Shown piece by piece: positions 30,416 through 40,327 of a stretch of 64,000 nucleotides of DNA. The position numbers were made by a program, and so were the translations under genes. The notes under the pieces were generated by a model, which ran no database searches, was not told the DNA's origin, and worked only from the letters and a program-made list of their open reading frames with translations. Each line of letters starts with the position of its first letter. Position 1 is the first letter of the stretch. Source of the stretch: an uncultured delta proteobacterium (GTDB lineage Bacteria > Desulfobacterota > Syntrophia > Syntrophales > UBA2185); contig CAVSPA010000018.1 in assembly GCA_963729715.1 (NCBI GenBank), forward strand, positions 26,942 to 90,941. The letters are read 5' to 3'.

Positions 30416-31027
30416 TCACTGTACGGTATACCCGCGGCCTTCGAGGCAGGCAGACATCGCACGCCGGAAGTCACGTGCCTTTCCTTCTTCATGGCGGGCA
30501 TCGAGCGCCTGATCGCGGTTGACATAAGCTTCCTGCATTTGCTGGGCCTGCTGCTGCCGGGACAAATCTGATGCACCACCTACAACAGCCCCGCTGCCTG
30601 CGCCGATCAATGCGCCGGCCCCGGCGTGCCTCGGTCCGGCTATTAACGCGCCCAGAACCGCACCGGTGATAGCCAAAACAGCTGTATCATGGCCTGGTGG
30701 GGGCATAGGCACCACTTTTACGCGACGCTCGGGCGGAATCGATGATTGACTCGGATCGAAGCCGGTCTGTTGCATCGCCCAGTTGTAACATTCATAGTGG
30801 TCTCGCGACTGCTGCTCGGTCGTCTGGCCGGCTTTCGGGTAAAAATAAACTTGGGTAATGGGAGCACTTGGGCTTGGGCCTGCGCTTGGGACCTCGCGAT
30901 AAGTCGCAGGATAACACGCAGCCAGGGCAAGTATTAATAAGAGAAGCAAAAGCCGAAGACCTGCTTGTGATAACCGCCGTTTCAGTATATATGTTCCTGT
31001 CGTCATTTTCCAGATTGACACCATCAT
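30416..31027 (-). CDS. Glycine-zipper lipoprotein
   Basis: LAAC lipobox; GAVLGALI..GAGALIGAGSGAVVGG; shares the Cys domain with the downstream gene; start uncertain. Confidence 0.75.
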   Translation of the reverse strand: MMVSIWKMTTGTYILKRRLSQAGLRLLLLLLILALAACYPATYREVPSAGPSPSAPITQVYFYPKAGQTTEQQSRDHYECYNWAMQQTGFDPSQSSIPPERRVKVVPMPPPGHDTAVLAITGAVLGALIAGPRHAGAGALIGAGSGAVVGGASDLSRQQQAQQMQEAYVNRDQALDARHEEGKARDFRRAMSACLEGRGYTVQ

Positions 31028-31303
31028 TTATGTCCTCCTTCGTAATTAAACACTTGAGAAACCATCGTCACAAAAAGATGGCTTTCGTTGTTGATTATTC
31101 TTTTTCTTTTCATGGGTTTTACATCTGTTTTATGCATACACAGCAACCGGATCGCATGAATTATGCTTACATCTTCTCCATGTGTCTCAGGATCCCCCAA
31201 CTCTTTAGAAGTTCTATTGCACTCTTTAATTGGTTATCCTTCATAGCATCTAAATCTCCTTTTGCCTGAATCGATGCCTGCGCGGTTCAAACATGACAAT
31301 TGA

Positions 31304-31758
31304 TCATAACCTTGCCCACTTCTTTTTTGCAAGCCTAGGATATAGTATATCATTACATTCCGGACAAATACTATGGCGAAATTCCGCATTTGTATTATCA
31401 CTGATAAAGAGCTCTATCTGCTTCCAGTGACCATTATCGTCACGAATTTTTTTGCAGGAAGAACAAACGGGTAACAGGCCGCTTAAGGTCTTTATCTCAT
31501 CAAGTGCCTTCTGAAGCTTGAGAACAAGTATTTCGTTCTCATCTGAACTCATTCTCTCTTGATGTATCAAGTAAACAACAATTGTAAAAAAGCTGAAGTG
31601 GATAAAAAGATTCCAAGAGTCGATGAAATAATTCTGAATGACTTTTCCCGCCAAAATATCTGTAGAGATTATTGTTACAGTGCTAATTACCGACATAATA
31701 ATCCCGGCTTTTCTATTGATAAGCCGAGATAAAAGGCCGATAGGCATTAAATAAAAAG
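31304..31758 (-). pseudogene. 3' part of a membrane sensor-like protein interrupted by ISL3
   Basis: FYLMPI TM segment begins at the IS edge; C-terminal LPVCSSCKKIRDD..HSICPEC motif. Confidence 0.75.
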
Positions 31759-33201
31759 GGTCTTCTGGGTTTGTTGTGCATAAATTTAATTCTATTTCGG
31801 TTCTTTGATAAAGGAAGTTATAACTTTGAGCATCAGGTATTCCTGATCCTTAATGCCGTATGCTCTGCGCTGGATGACGCGGATCTTGTTATTCAAGCCT
31901 TCCATGAATCCAAGTGAAACCTTGTGATCAGGATGGCAGTAACTGATGATTCCGTCCCAGTGACGCTCAATGAGAGCAGCAAACTTCTCAAAGGGTTTAA
32001 GCCGCTGCCAGCGCAACTGGTCTTTCCAGCTTTCAAAGAACTTTCGTGCCCATGTTGGGTTGTTATAATCCCAGAGTTGCCCGAACGATTCTTTCAACAG
32101 ATAGGCTTTATGAAGCCGTTTGTTTGCTTTTAACAGCATTTGCAAGGCCCGTCGGCCTTCAATATCTAAATTGGCTTTATGGGACAGCAACGTATAGCGC
32201 TGCCCCTTGATGAACCGACGTTCTTTCTCATTGACACGTTTGTACTCGCTGCGTCTGACCTGATCAAGGGCGTCTGCCAGATGACGCGTGATGTGAAACT
32301 TGTCATAGACAATCTGTGCGTTGGGAGCATGACTCAGCGTTGCTTTACGAAATGGCTTCCACATATCCATGACCGCCAGTTCGATTGTCTTGCAGCGCTC
32401 AGGCCCCATGGTGTCGAAGAACAACTGTAAATCCTGTTCGGTGCGACCCTGTCCACCCAGCCAGATCGGTCGTCTCTGGTCAAGATCGGCGACAACGATG
32501 GCATAGGTGTGGCCCTTACGGGTCGATATTTCATCGATGCCAATGGTCCGAAGCTGTGCGGAAGGCGGATGCTGCTCCAGCAGGCGACGCATGTAACCCT
32601 TCTCCATGCGACATACCTGGTCCCAGCTCAGGTTGTTAAGCTCTGCAACACGTTTGATGCTCATCTCGCGACAGAGCAGTCCAATGCGGTCTTCGAACCG
32701 CTGAGTGAACCGGGACGACTTGGCCAGCATTGAAAGAGTCTCGCGTTTCACGGCTTTGCAATGCGGGCAGGCAACCCTGCGATACTCGAAGTCAAGATAG
32801 ATGCGGGTTGCTCCGGCATCCAGGTCTCGCACCCTATGAGTTCGCCGGTCCCGATAGCTTGATGCCGTTGTACCGCAGCCGGAACAGACTGTTTTTTTTG
32901 GCGGCGCTCCAGGGTAACAATGCATCCTTCAGGATCTTCCGGGTGTGGCTTCAGCGTGGCACGGGCACGGAATCCAGGAAATTTATACAGGTCTCGGAGT
33001 GTATTTTTCGTTTTCATCTAACTACTCTATCCGAGATTAGAAAACGTGTCAATTTTCAAAGAACATTTATAAAAGCGTTACAGGTACTTATGCCTGTTTC
33101 TTTGTACAAAAAAGTCAGATGATCCAATAAAAAAAGCCCATTCCAATTTCGTAACCCGTTAAATAATCAATAAGCCCTATAATCAAATTCAACAGGAGAC
33201 C
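31759..33201 (-). mobile_element. ISL3 family insertion sequence
   Basis: Imperfect terminal IRs GGTCTTCTG (31759) / CAGGAGACC (to 33201); no target duplication visible. Confidence 0.85.
31792..33017 (-). CDS. ISL3 family DDE transposase, split by a -1 frameshift at an A8 run
   Basis: ORF 33017-32748 joins ORF 32925-31792 at CAAAAAAAAC (32892-32899); CSGCG, CPHC, IGIDE, MDMW, DKFH, EGLNNKI. Confidence 0.88.
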
Positions 33202-33255
33202 GATAACCCAAATAAATGATCTTGGCTTTCTTTCAAAATAGTCAACGAGGTACAT
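33202..33255 (-). pseudogene. 5' stub of the ISL3-interrupted gene
   Basis: AAGGGTG RBS, MYLVDYFERKPRSFIWVI, ending exactly at the IS edge. Confidence 0.6.
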
Positions 33256-33410
33256 ATTCACCCTTTAGAAGCCTGGCAGGTTATTACGAATTTCTGTTTG
33301 CAGTCCTATCTATATCCTTAGTCAACGAAAGGGCTCAGGAGAAAGACATTTCTTAGTATTTTCCTGCTGTGCTATGACTCCTTTCGGAAGAATATTTGAT
33401 CATATGAACA

Positions 33411-33425
33411 GCAACATATATGCCG
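33411..33425 (-). promoter_or_regulatory. Putative sigma54 promoter
   Basis: Minus strand CGGCAT-ATATG-TTGC(T); palindrome TGGATA-N5-TATCCA at 33501-33517 upstream. Confidence 0.5.
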
Positions 33426-33736
33426 ACCAGAATGACGCATACCAAGCATTTAATATTACTAAATGTTTGCTAATGGATACCGGAATGTCTTAAGCGCTAG
33501 TGGATAAAATGTATCCAATCTAAAGTATCCAGTTGATTAAAAAATATCCACACCTGAATATACCCTATCGAATGAAATTTGACTCCTTTTCAAATGATAG
33601 GTCAATTTGATTAGTCACGCGTGTTCAATGGATATACGGTTGCGTCAGGCAGACTTCTTAATGTATTAATAATATACGAATGGAGTCAATCCGGTATAAG
33701 CCTTAGCGGAACGGAAGCTATTTTCACTGTGGTAAT

Positions 33737-34573
33737 TTGATGATAGAAATTAAAGGACTGACAAAAACATACGGGAACGTAAAGGCGGTTGACAATATAA
33801 CCTTTTCCGTCAGCAAGGGAGAGGTATTCGGCCTTCTCGGCCCGAACGGCGCGGGAAAAACAACGACCATCAAGATGCTAACTGCCCTGAGCAGGCCCGA
33901 TTCGGGCAGATGCACGATCAATGGCTTTGATGTCGCAGCAAACCTCCATGAAATAAAAAAGCACATCGGTGTCGTGCCCCAGGAAAACAACCTCGACCGC
34001 GAGCTTACGGCTTACGAAAACCTGCTCATCTATGGAATGCTGCATCGCGTGAAGGACAAAGAAAGAAAGATCCGCAAACATTTAAAAATGGTTGATTTGT
34101 CTGACAGAAGGGATTCACTCGTAGCGTGGTTTTCCGGAGGCATGCAGAGGAGGCTCCTCCTGGCAAGGGCACTGCTGCCGGAACCGGCCGTTCTCTTCCT
34201 CGACGAACCGTCCATCGGTCTGGACCCGCAGATCAGGCGACAGCTCTGGGACATCATCAGGAAGACCAGGATAGAAGGCCGGACCGTCGTCATCACCACA
34301 CACTACATCGAGGAGGCGGAGGCGTTGTGTGACAGGGTGGGCATTCTTGCAAGGGGCGCGCTGATCGCCCTCGATACCCCTCATCACCTCAAGGGCAGTG
34401 TGGGCGATTACATTGTCGAGTATATCGATGCGGAAGGAAAGCTCATACAGCACATCTGCAAGACTCGGGGCGAGGCGCATGATATCGCAAAACACCAGCC
34501 GAACAGCGTTACCGTGAGAAAGTCAAATCTCGAGGATGTATTCATAAGACTTACGGGAGAGCGCATAGAATGA
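33737..34573 (+). CDS. ABC exporter ATP-binding subunit (NodI/DrrA-like)
   Basis: GPNGAGKTT, FSGGM, LDEP, TTHY. Confidence 0.93.
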   Translation: MMIEIKGLTKTYGNVKAVDNITFSVSKGEVFGLLGPNGAGKTTTIKMLTALSRPDSGRCTINGFDVAANLHEIKKHIGVVPQENNLDRELTAYENLLIYGMLHRVKDKERKIRKHLKMVDLSDRRDSLVAWFSGGMQRRLLLARALLPEPAVLFLDEPSIGLDPQIRRQLWDIIRKTRIEGRTVVITTHYIEEAEALCDRVGILARGALIALDTPHHLKGSVGDYIVEYIDAEGKLIQHICKTRGEAHDIAKHQPNSVTVRKSNLEDVFIRLTGERIE

Positions 34574-35316
34574 TCACACCCGCGTGGTATCCGATCTTCT
34601 TAAAGGAAATGCTTCATTTCAAGAGAAGGCTCCTCAAACTCGGCTATATCTTTTCCGCGATGGTCGTGCCGATAATCTATCTCGTCGCCTTCGGCTTCGG
34701 ACTCGGCAAGAGCGTCCGCATCGAAGGCGCCGATTATCTCACCTTCCTCCTCCCGGGACTCGTGGCCATGAGTTCCATGAACAACTCCTATACCTGGGTC
34801 TCGACCTCCCTGAATCTCAACAGGCTCTATTTCAAGACATTCCAGATCTACGTGCAGGCTCCTATCAGCCCTTCTTCGATCATGACCGGGGAAGTGTTGG
34901 CGGGCATGGCAAAGGGGATATTTGCATCATCTTTAATCATCATCGTCGGTTTTATATCTTCGCCGGATTTTTCACTCACCCCATGGTTTGTGATCGCCCT
35001 GCTTCTGAACTGCTTTCTCTTTGCCAATTTGGGCGTGATCGTCGGGATGGTCACGAAGTCCCACGAGGACACGGCCACGTATTCCAACTTCTTTGTCATA
35101 CCCATGGCGTTTTTCAGCGGTACATTTTTCCCAGTGGATAAATTGCCTGTTTACTTCAAGGCGGTTATCTATGTGCTGCCCCTCACCCATGCAAGCATCC
35201 TGATAAGAAAGACGTCCATGGATGCAGATGGGTTGCTTTCTCTCTGTGTGATGTTTGTCTATGCGGCGGTGTTTTTTATCTACGGCTCGAAGCTGATCAA
35301 GGATTACAGCGAATGA
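34570..35316 (+). CDS. ABC-2 type permease
   Basis: YL.FLLPG, PM.FFSGTFFP, LPLTH; ATGA overlap. Confidence 0.9.
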   Translation: MITPAWYPIFLKEMLHFKRRLLKLGYIFSAMVVPIIYLVAFGFGLGKSVRIEGADYLTFLLPGLVAMSSMNNSYTWVSTSLNLNRLYFKTFQIYVQAPISPSSIMTGEVLAGMAKGIFASSLIIIVGFISSPDFSLTPWFVIALLLNCFLFANLGVIVGMVTKSHEDTATYSNFFVIPMAFFSGTFFPVDKLPVYFKAVIYVLPLTHASILIRKTSMDADGLLSLCVMFVYAAVFFIYGSKLIKDYSE

Positions 35317-35563
35317 TTATACGGGGAGCGAGCGACAAACTGAAACCCTACGATAACGCCGCGTCAAATACGACCTGACCCGGAATACTTGGCATAATAC
35401 AGATCCGTTTTATTTTTATATCCTGCAGAAAACATTTTGGCAATAAAATCAGCGAGCGGATCCTCTCGAAGCGGCTTTTCCCCGAAAAAGCAGGAGACCG
35501 GCAGTACGTATTTCGAGATTCCCAAGCACGAAGCAGAGACTCGTGCCCGCGGCCGTTTCATCA

Positions 35564-37468
35564 CTATGTGACCTTCATCCTGCTGATAACTTCAAAGAGC
35601 TTCTCGGCCGTCACCTCTGCGGCATGAAGGGGCGTGCCGAATTCGAGGGAGATACGCGACCATTTTCTTCTGAAGGGCCGCCGGTCTTCACCATGGTACA
35701 TCCTGCTAAAGTAACTGCCCCAGAGACCGTTCAGACAGGCGGGCACCACCGGGACAGGAGTCCTCTGCACTATCTTTTCTATTCCCGGCTGAAACGCATG
35801 TATTTTGCCGTCGTTTGTGAGCATGCCTTCGGGAAAGATGCAAACCACTTCATCATTCTGCAGCCCTTCTGCAATTTTATCGAAAGCGGCGTTCAGCACA
35901 TCCGGGGCTTCATCTGCGCCAGCCATGGGAATAACCCTGCCGTCTTTGAATATGCGGCCGAAGAACGGTATTTCAAAGTATTTGTAGTACATCGCGAAGA
36001 GCGTGGGTCTGGGGCAGCCGCTTTCGACGATCAAGCCATCGATGTAGGTGACGTGGTTGCACGCGATGATGAAAGGGCCATCGAGAGGAAGGTTCTCACG
36101 TCCGATAACTTTGAGACGGTATATTATATTGGCGATGCCCCAGGCCGTAAGCCTCAGCAAGAACTCCGGTATCTGGGTGTATATATATGCGGCGACAAGG
36201 ATGTTCATTAGGGAAAAAATCAGGAATATCTGTGAGTAGCTGAATTTATAAATATAGAGTACTGTAAGAAAAAGAGAGGAAACGACCATGAAAAGTGCGT
36301 TTATGATGTTGTTGCCGGCTATGATACGCGATCTGATTTTCCTGCGCGACCCCTGCTGGATGAAGGTGTAGAGCGGCACGGTAAAGAAACCGCCCGACAC
36401 AGCAAGAAGAAAAACATCCAGGGATATCCTCTTCCCATGATCAGTATTTAAGAAATCCATAACTGATACAAGTCCACCGGATGAAAGCACCGAAGGCTGC
36501 CCCACCAGAAAGAGGTCAAAGGTGAACAGCGAGATACCGAGTGAGCCGATCGGGACGAGCCCCAGTTCCGTCCTCCTGAAACTCAGTTTCTCGCAGAGTA
36601 TGGAACCCACGCCGATACCGATGGAAAAAAGTACTAAAAACAGCATGACGACCGATTCTCTTGCCTGCAGGTAATCCTTGCAATACACGGGAATGATCGA
36701 CAGCAGAGCAATGCCTATAAACCAGAACCAGGCGATTCCGAGGACGGAGTTGAAGATGATATTCACTTTTTTCGTGATTCCCAAAATTTCAGCGGTCGTG
36801 GTGATCGGATTCATATTGATCTTGAGCTCCGGCATCACTGGTTTGATGGATCTTATTGTCAAACTGATAAGAAATCCTATCATGGCAATCGCAACTACCA
36901 CTATCCCCGTCGCCCATGTACCGCTCTCTATGGAGATTAGTTGTACCCCCAGGATTGAGCCGAGGAGAATAGCTATGAATGTGCCGGTCTCAACATACGC
37001 GTTGCCCCTGACAAGCTCATCACTGTGGAGGAGATGGGGCAGGATGCTGTATTTCACCGGGCCGAAGAGAGTTGAATGAAGCCCCATGAAGAAGAGCGCA
37101 GTCAGGAGAAGAACGATATTTTCATATATGAAACCGAGCATACCCACGAACATAATCACCACCTCGAACGCTTTGACGATGCGTATGATCTTGGTCTTGG
37201 AAAATTTGTCGGCAAGCTGCCCGGAAATTGCGGAGAATAGAAAGAAAGGCAGTATAAATATGCCGCCGGAGAGCGACACCATCTGCTCGGGAGATATGCT
37301 GCCTATGGAATATGCCTTGTAGGCGATCAGTATGCCTATAGCATTCTTGAACGCGTTGTCGTTGAATGCGCCAAAGAACTGGGTATAGAAGAAAGGCCAG
37401 AAGCCTCGATCTCTGAATATCTGCGCCGTCATTAATTCTCCATACCCGTAACTTTCCGCATCCGTCAC
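35564..37468 (-). CDS. MFS (LplT-like) / PlsC acyltransferase fusion
   Basis: TQFFGAFNDN, GQLADK, FGPVKYSILP; NHVTYID and IFPEG acyltransferase motifs. Confidence 0.9.
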   Translation of the reverse strand: MTDAESYGYGELMTAQIFRDRGFWPFFYTQFFGAFNDNAFKNAIGILIAYKAYSIGSISPEQMVSLSGGIFILPFFLFSAISGQLADKFSKTKIIRIVKAFEVVIMFVGMLGFIYENIVLLLTALFFMGLHSTLFGPVKYSILPHLLHSDELVRGNAYVETGTFIAILLGSILGVQLISIESGTWATGIVVVAIAMIGFLISLTIRSIKPVMPELKINMNPITTTAEILGITKKVNIIFNSVLGIAWFWFIGIALLSIIPVYCKDYLQARESVVMLFLVLFSIGIGVGSILCEKLSFRRTELGLVPIGSLGISLFTFDLFLVGQPSVLSSGGLVSVMDFLNTDHGKRISLDVFLLAVSGGFFTVPLYTFIQQGSRRKIRSRIIAGNNIINALFMVVSSLFLTVLYIYKFSYSQIFLIFSLMNILVAAYIYTQIPEFLLRLTAWGIANIIYRLKVIGRENLPLDGPFIIACNHVTYIDGLIVESGCPRPTLFAMYYKYFEIPFFGRIFKDGRVIPMAGADEAPDVLNAAFDKIAEGLQNDEVVCIFPEGMLTNDGKIHAFQPGIEKIVQRTPVPVVPACLNGLWGSYFSRMYHGEDRRPFRRKWSRISLEFGTPLHAAEVTAEKLFEVISRMKVT

Positions 37469-37701
37469 GCTTCCTTAGATCGACTGCCCGACGCTACAGT
37501 TTACGGCACTTTACTGCTCTGCCGCTCCCTGAATTCGGCTATTGAAAGGTTTGGAGGAAGACGCAATACTGTCCTACAGTCGATATATATTTAATAGAAT
37601 TACCAAAAGAAATCCAGCATAAAGAGAATGCAGAGGCGGCGCGAGTCCCCGGAAGTTGCGGGCCAGTTTGTAGTCCCGAAGCTGCCTGTATCCTCTTTTC
37701 C

Positions 37702-37730
37702 TTGACACTTTGTCATGTTACGGCTATATG
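37702..37730 (+). promoter_or_regulatory. Sigma70 promoter of the fhs-acs operon
   Basis: TTGACA-N17-TATATG about 150 nt before the ACT gene. Confidence 0.6.
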
Positions 37731-37879
37731 ACGAAGTCAAGTCGCCTTCCTAAGGGTTTCTTGTGCCCCCGCATATAACAGAGCTGTTTTGCGACGGCAC
37801 CTGATGATCCTTCTGAAGGCAATTTGCGGCAGGTTTAGGATATCTTGTAACTGAACGAAAAAAATTACGGAGTTGACTT

Positions 37880-38419
37880 ATGAGATCATATGTCGTCTTT
37901 TCATCCATGGGGCCGGACCGTCCCGGTCTGGTGAGAGAAATCGCGGAATTTTTTTCGGCGCGGGGCATCAATATCGAGCGCTCGCGTGGCTGCGTGCTCG
38001 GAAATGAATTCGGCATGGTCATCCTGACATCGGGCAACAGCGAAAATATCGAAGGGCTGATCAAGGATATGGACAGTCTCCGTCAGAATACCGGGCTGGA
38101 CATTTACATCCGGAAGACGAAGGCGCCTCTCCACAGGGAAGTCCTCCCATCGATCCCGTACAAGCTCATCGCCATATCCATCGACCGTCCGGGAATCATC
38201 CATCAAATATGTAAGGTGCTTCATGAGCGGGGGATCAATATCGAAGAGATATCGACCAATGTCGACCATGATCCCGCGACGGGCGCCAATGTCTTTCAAA
38301 TGTTCTGCTATTTTTCTCTGCCGCCGGCCGTCAAGATTATCGACCTCAAGAACGCCATCACGCGTATCAGTGACGAGTACAATATCGACATACGGTTCGA
38401 CGCGATGATCAATAAGTAG
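37880..38419 (+). CDS. Double ACT-domain protein (GcvR-like)
   Basis: Two DRPG..I ACT motifs. Confidence 0.85.
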   Translation: MRSYVVFSSMGPDRPGLVREIAEFFSARGINIERSRGCVLGNEFGMVILTSGNSENIEGLIKDMDSLRQNTGLDIYIRKTKAPLHREVLPSIPYKLIAISIDRPGIIHQICKVLHERGINIEEISTNVDHDPATGANVFQMFCYFSLPPAVKIIDLKNAITRISDEYNIDIRFDAMINK

Positions 38420-38421
38420 CT

Positions 38422-40107
38422 ATGAAAAAAGTGAAAGCAAAACGTGCCGCCACTTGCATGAAGCCGATCAGCGAAATTGCCGCATCCATCGGCTTGGCGG
38501 AAGATGATCTGGAATGTTATGGGCGCTACAAGGCCAAGGTCAGGATCGAGGCAATCAAGCGCTTCGAACGCAGGGCGAATGCCTCACTGATCCTCGTCTC
38601 CGCGATGACCCCTACCCCCGCAGGTGAGGGAAAGACCACCGTCTCCATCGGCCTCGCGCAGGCCTTAGCCAGGCTCGGAAAGCAGACGATTGTCACGCTC
38701 CGCGAGCCGTCCCTCGGGCCTGTCTTCGGCATCAAGGGCGGCGCTACCGGCGGAGGACTCTCATGCGTACTTCCCGCGGATGATATTAATCTTCACTTTA
38801 CGAATGACTTTCCGGCGGTGGAGAGCGCCCACAATCTTTTGTCTGCCCTCGTTGACAACTCGGTTTTCCACGGTAACCCCCTGAACATCGATCCGCGCAA
38901 GATCACGTGGCGTCGCGTGATGGACATGAACGACCGTTCCCTCCGGGATATAGTCATCGGCCTCGGCGGTTCCACAAACGGCGTACCCCGCGAGAGCGGC
39001 TTCGACATCGTTCCTTCGAGCGAAATCATGGCAATTCTCTGCCTCTCGCAGTCTTATGCGGAATTGAAAGAAAAGATACGAAAGATCCTCGTTGGCTTTA
39101 CATACGAAGATAAGCCGGTCTTCACAAAGGATTTGAAAATCGAGGGTGCTGTCACATCCCTCTTGAAGCATGCCCTTCTTCCCAATCTGGTGCAGACCAC
39201 AGAGGGTGTGCCGGCCATCGTTCACGGCGGCCCTTTTGCCAACATCGCCCAGGGAACAAACAGCGTTATAGGCACTGACCTTGCGCTCCGTCTCGCCGAT
39301 TATGTGGTGACCGAAGCTGGGTTCGGTTTTGACCTGGGCGCGGAAAAATATTTCGACATCGTGGCGCTGTACGGAAACTTCAATCCTCGCATCGTTGTCC
39401 TGGTGGCAACGGTTCGCGCCCTGAAATATCATGCCGGCGTGTCCGCCGATGCCCTAAGCGAGTCCAACCCCCGTGTGGCTGTCCTAGGAATGGCCAATCT
39501 GAGGAAACACTATGAAAACATCGATAAGTTCAACGTCCCCTGTATCATAGCCCTGAACCGTTTCCCCTCCGATACGGACGCGGAGATACAAGCAGTCGTG
39601 AAGGCAGCGGAGAATGAAGGGATGAATATCGCACCTGTCGACATCTTCCGTCTCGGCGGCGAGGGAGGCCTGGAACTCGCGGAGAAGACGGCGGAGATCA
39701 TCGCGCGAGCCTCCGGCGCTTTCCGGTCCCTCTATAGATGGGATCAGCCGGTGGAAGACAAGATCTTCACCGTAGCGAGCAAGATATACGGTGCAGTTTC
39801 CATCGACTACCAGCCACTTGCGAAGCGGAATCTCGACCTCATCAAGAAATTCGGCTTCGATAAGCTCCCGATATGCATCGCCAAGACGCAGCAGTCCCTA
39901 TCGGACAATCCCAGCCTCCTGGGACTGCCCAGCGACTTCATTGTCACCGTTCGGGAAATCAATATCGCATCAGGCGCCGGCTTCCTTATCCCCATCACCG
40001 GCGAGATCCTGCGCATGCCGGGTCTCTCGAAAGCGCCGGCAGCTTATCACATCGATATCGACGACGACGGGAATGTCACGGGTATCACTACCCCGGGAGA
40101 TGCGTGA
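38422..40107 (+). CDS. fhs: Formate--tetrahydrofolate ligase
   Basis: TPTPAGEGKTT, REPSLGPVFG.KGGATGGG, HGGPFANIA, TEAGFG.DLGAEK, MPGL. Confidence 0.97.
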   Translation: MKKVKAKRAATCMKPISEIAASIGLAEDDLECYGRYKAKVRIEAIKRFERRANASLILVSAMTPTPAGEGKTTVSIGLAQALARLGKQTIVTLREPSLGPVFGIKGGATGGGLSCVLPADDINLHFTNDFPAVESAHNLLSALVDNSVFHGNPLNIDPRKITWRRVMDMNDRSLRDIVIGLGGSTNGVPRESGFDIVPSSEIMAILCLSQSYAELKEKIRKILVGFTYEDKPVFTKDLKIEGAVTSLLKHALLPNLVQTTEGVPAIVHGGPFANIAQGTNSVIGTDLALRLADYVVTEAGFGFDLGAEKYFDIVALYGNFNPRIVVLVATVRALKYHAGVSADALSESNPRVAVLGMANLRKHYENIDKFNVPCIIALNRFPSDTDAEIQAVVKAAENEGMNIAPVDIFRLGGEGGLELAEKTAEIIARASGAFRSLYRWDQPVEDKIFTVASKIYGAVSIDYQPLAKRNLDLIKKFGFDKLPICIAKTQQSLSDNPSLLGLPSDFIVTVREINIASGAGFLIPITGEILRMPGLSKAPAAYHIDIDDDGNVTGITTPGDA

Positions 40108-40268
40108 CGTCCTTAACTGATCAGATACGATGGACGCCGAAGATCCAAAAATTTGGCCCGCAGCACCAATGGAATTGCCCGCCCTTCCCGCTCCATCCCG
40201 TATCAAGATTGTTTTGACAGACAATGCCGGTTTTCCTATACTACCCCCATATGAGAAGCAACAATTAT

Positions 40269-40310
40269 AAATGCAAAATGTAAAATGCAAAAAGCAAAGT
40301 GCAAAATTAT
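40269..40310 (+). repeat. AT-rich heptamer tandem repeat (AAATGCA-like x6)
   Basis: aaatgca aaatgta aaatgca aaaagca aagtgca aaattat. Confidence 0.8.
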
Positions 40311-40327
40311 AAAGGAGTTAGCTTGCA

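Noticed and set aside
33499..33552. DnaA-box-like sequences suggesting an origin
   Set aside because: Only imperfect matches and no replication genes nearby; better explained as an enhancer palindrome.
37737..37879. Known riboswitch (ZTP, THF, SAM-I, SAH, fluoride)
   Set aside because: Conserved cores not found; kept only as an unclassified leader.
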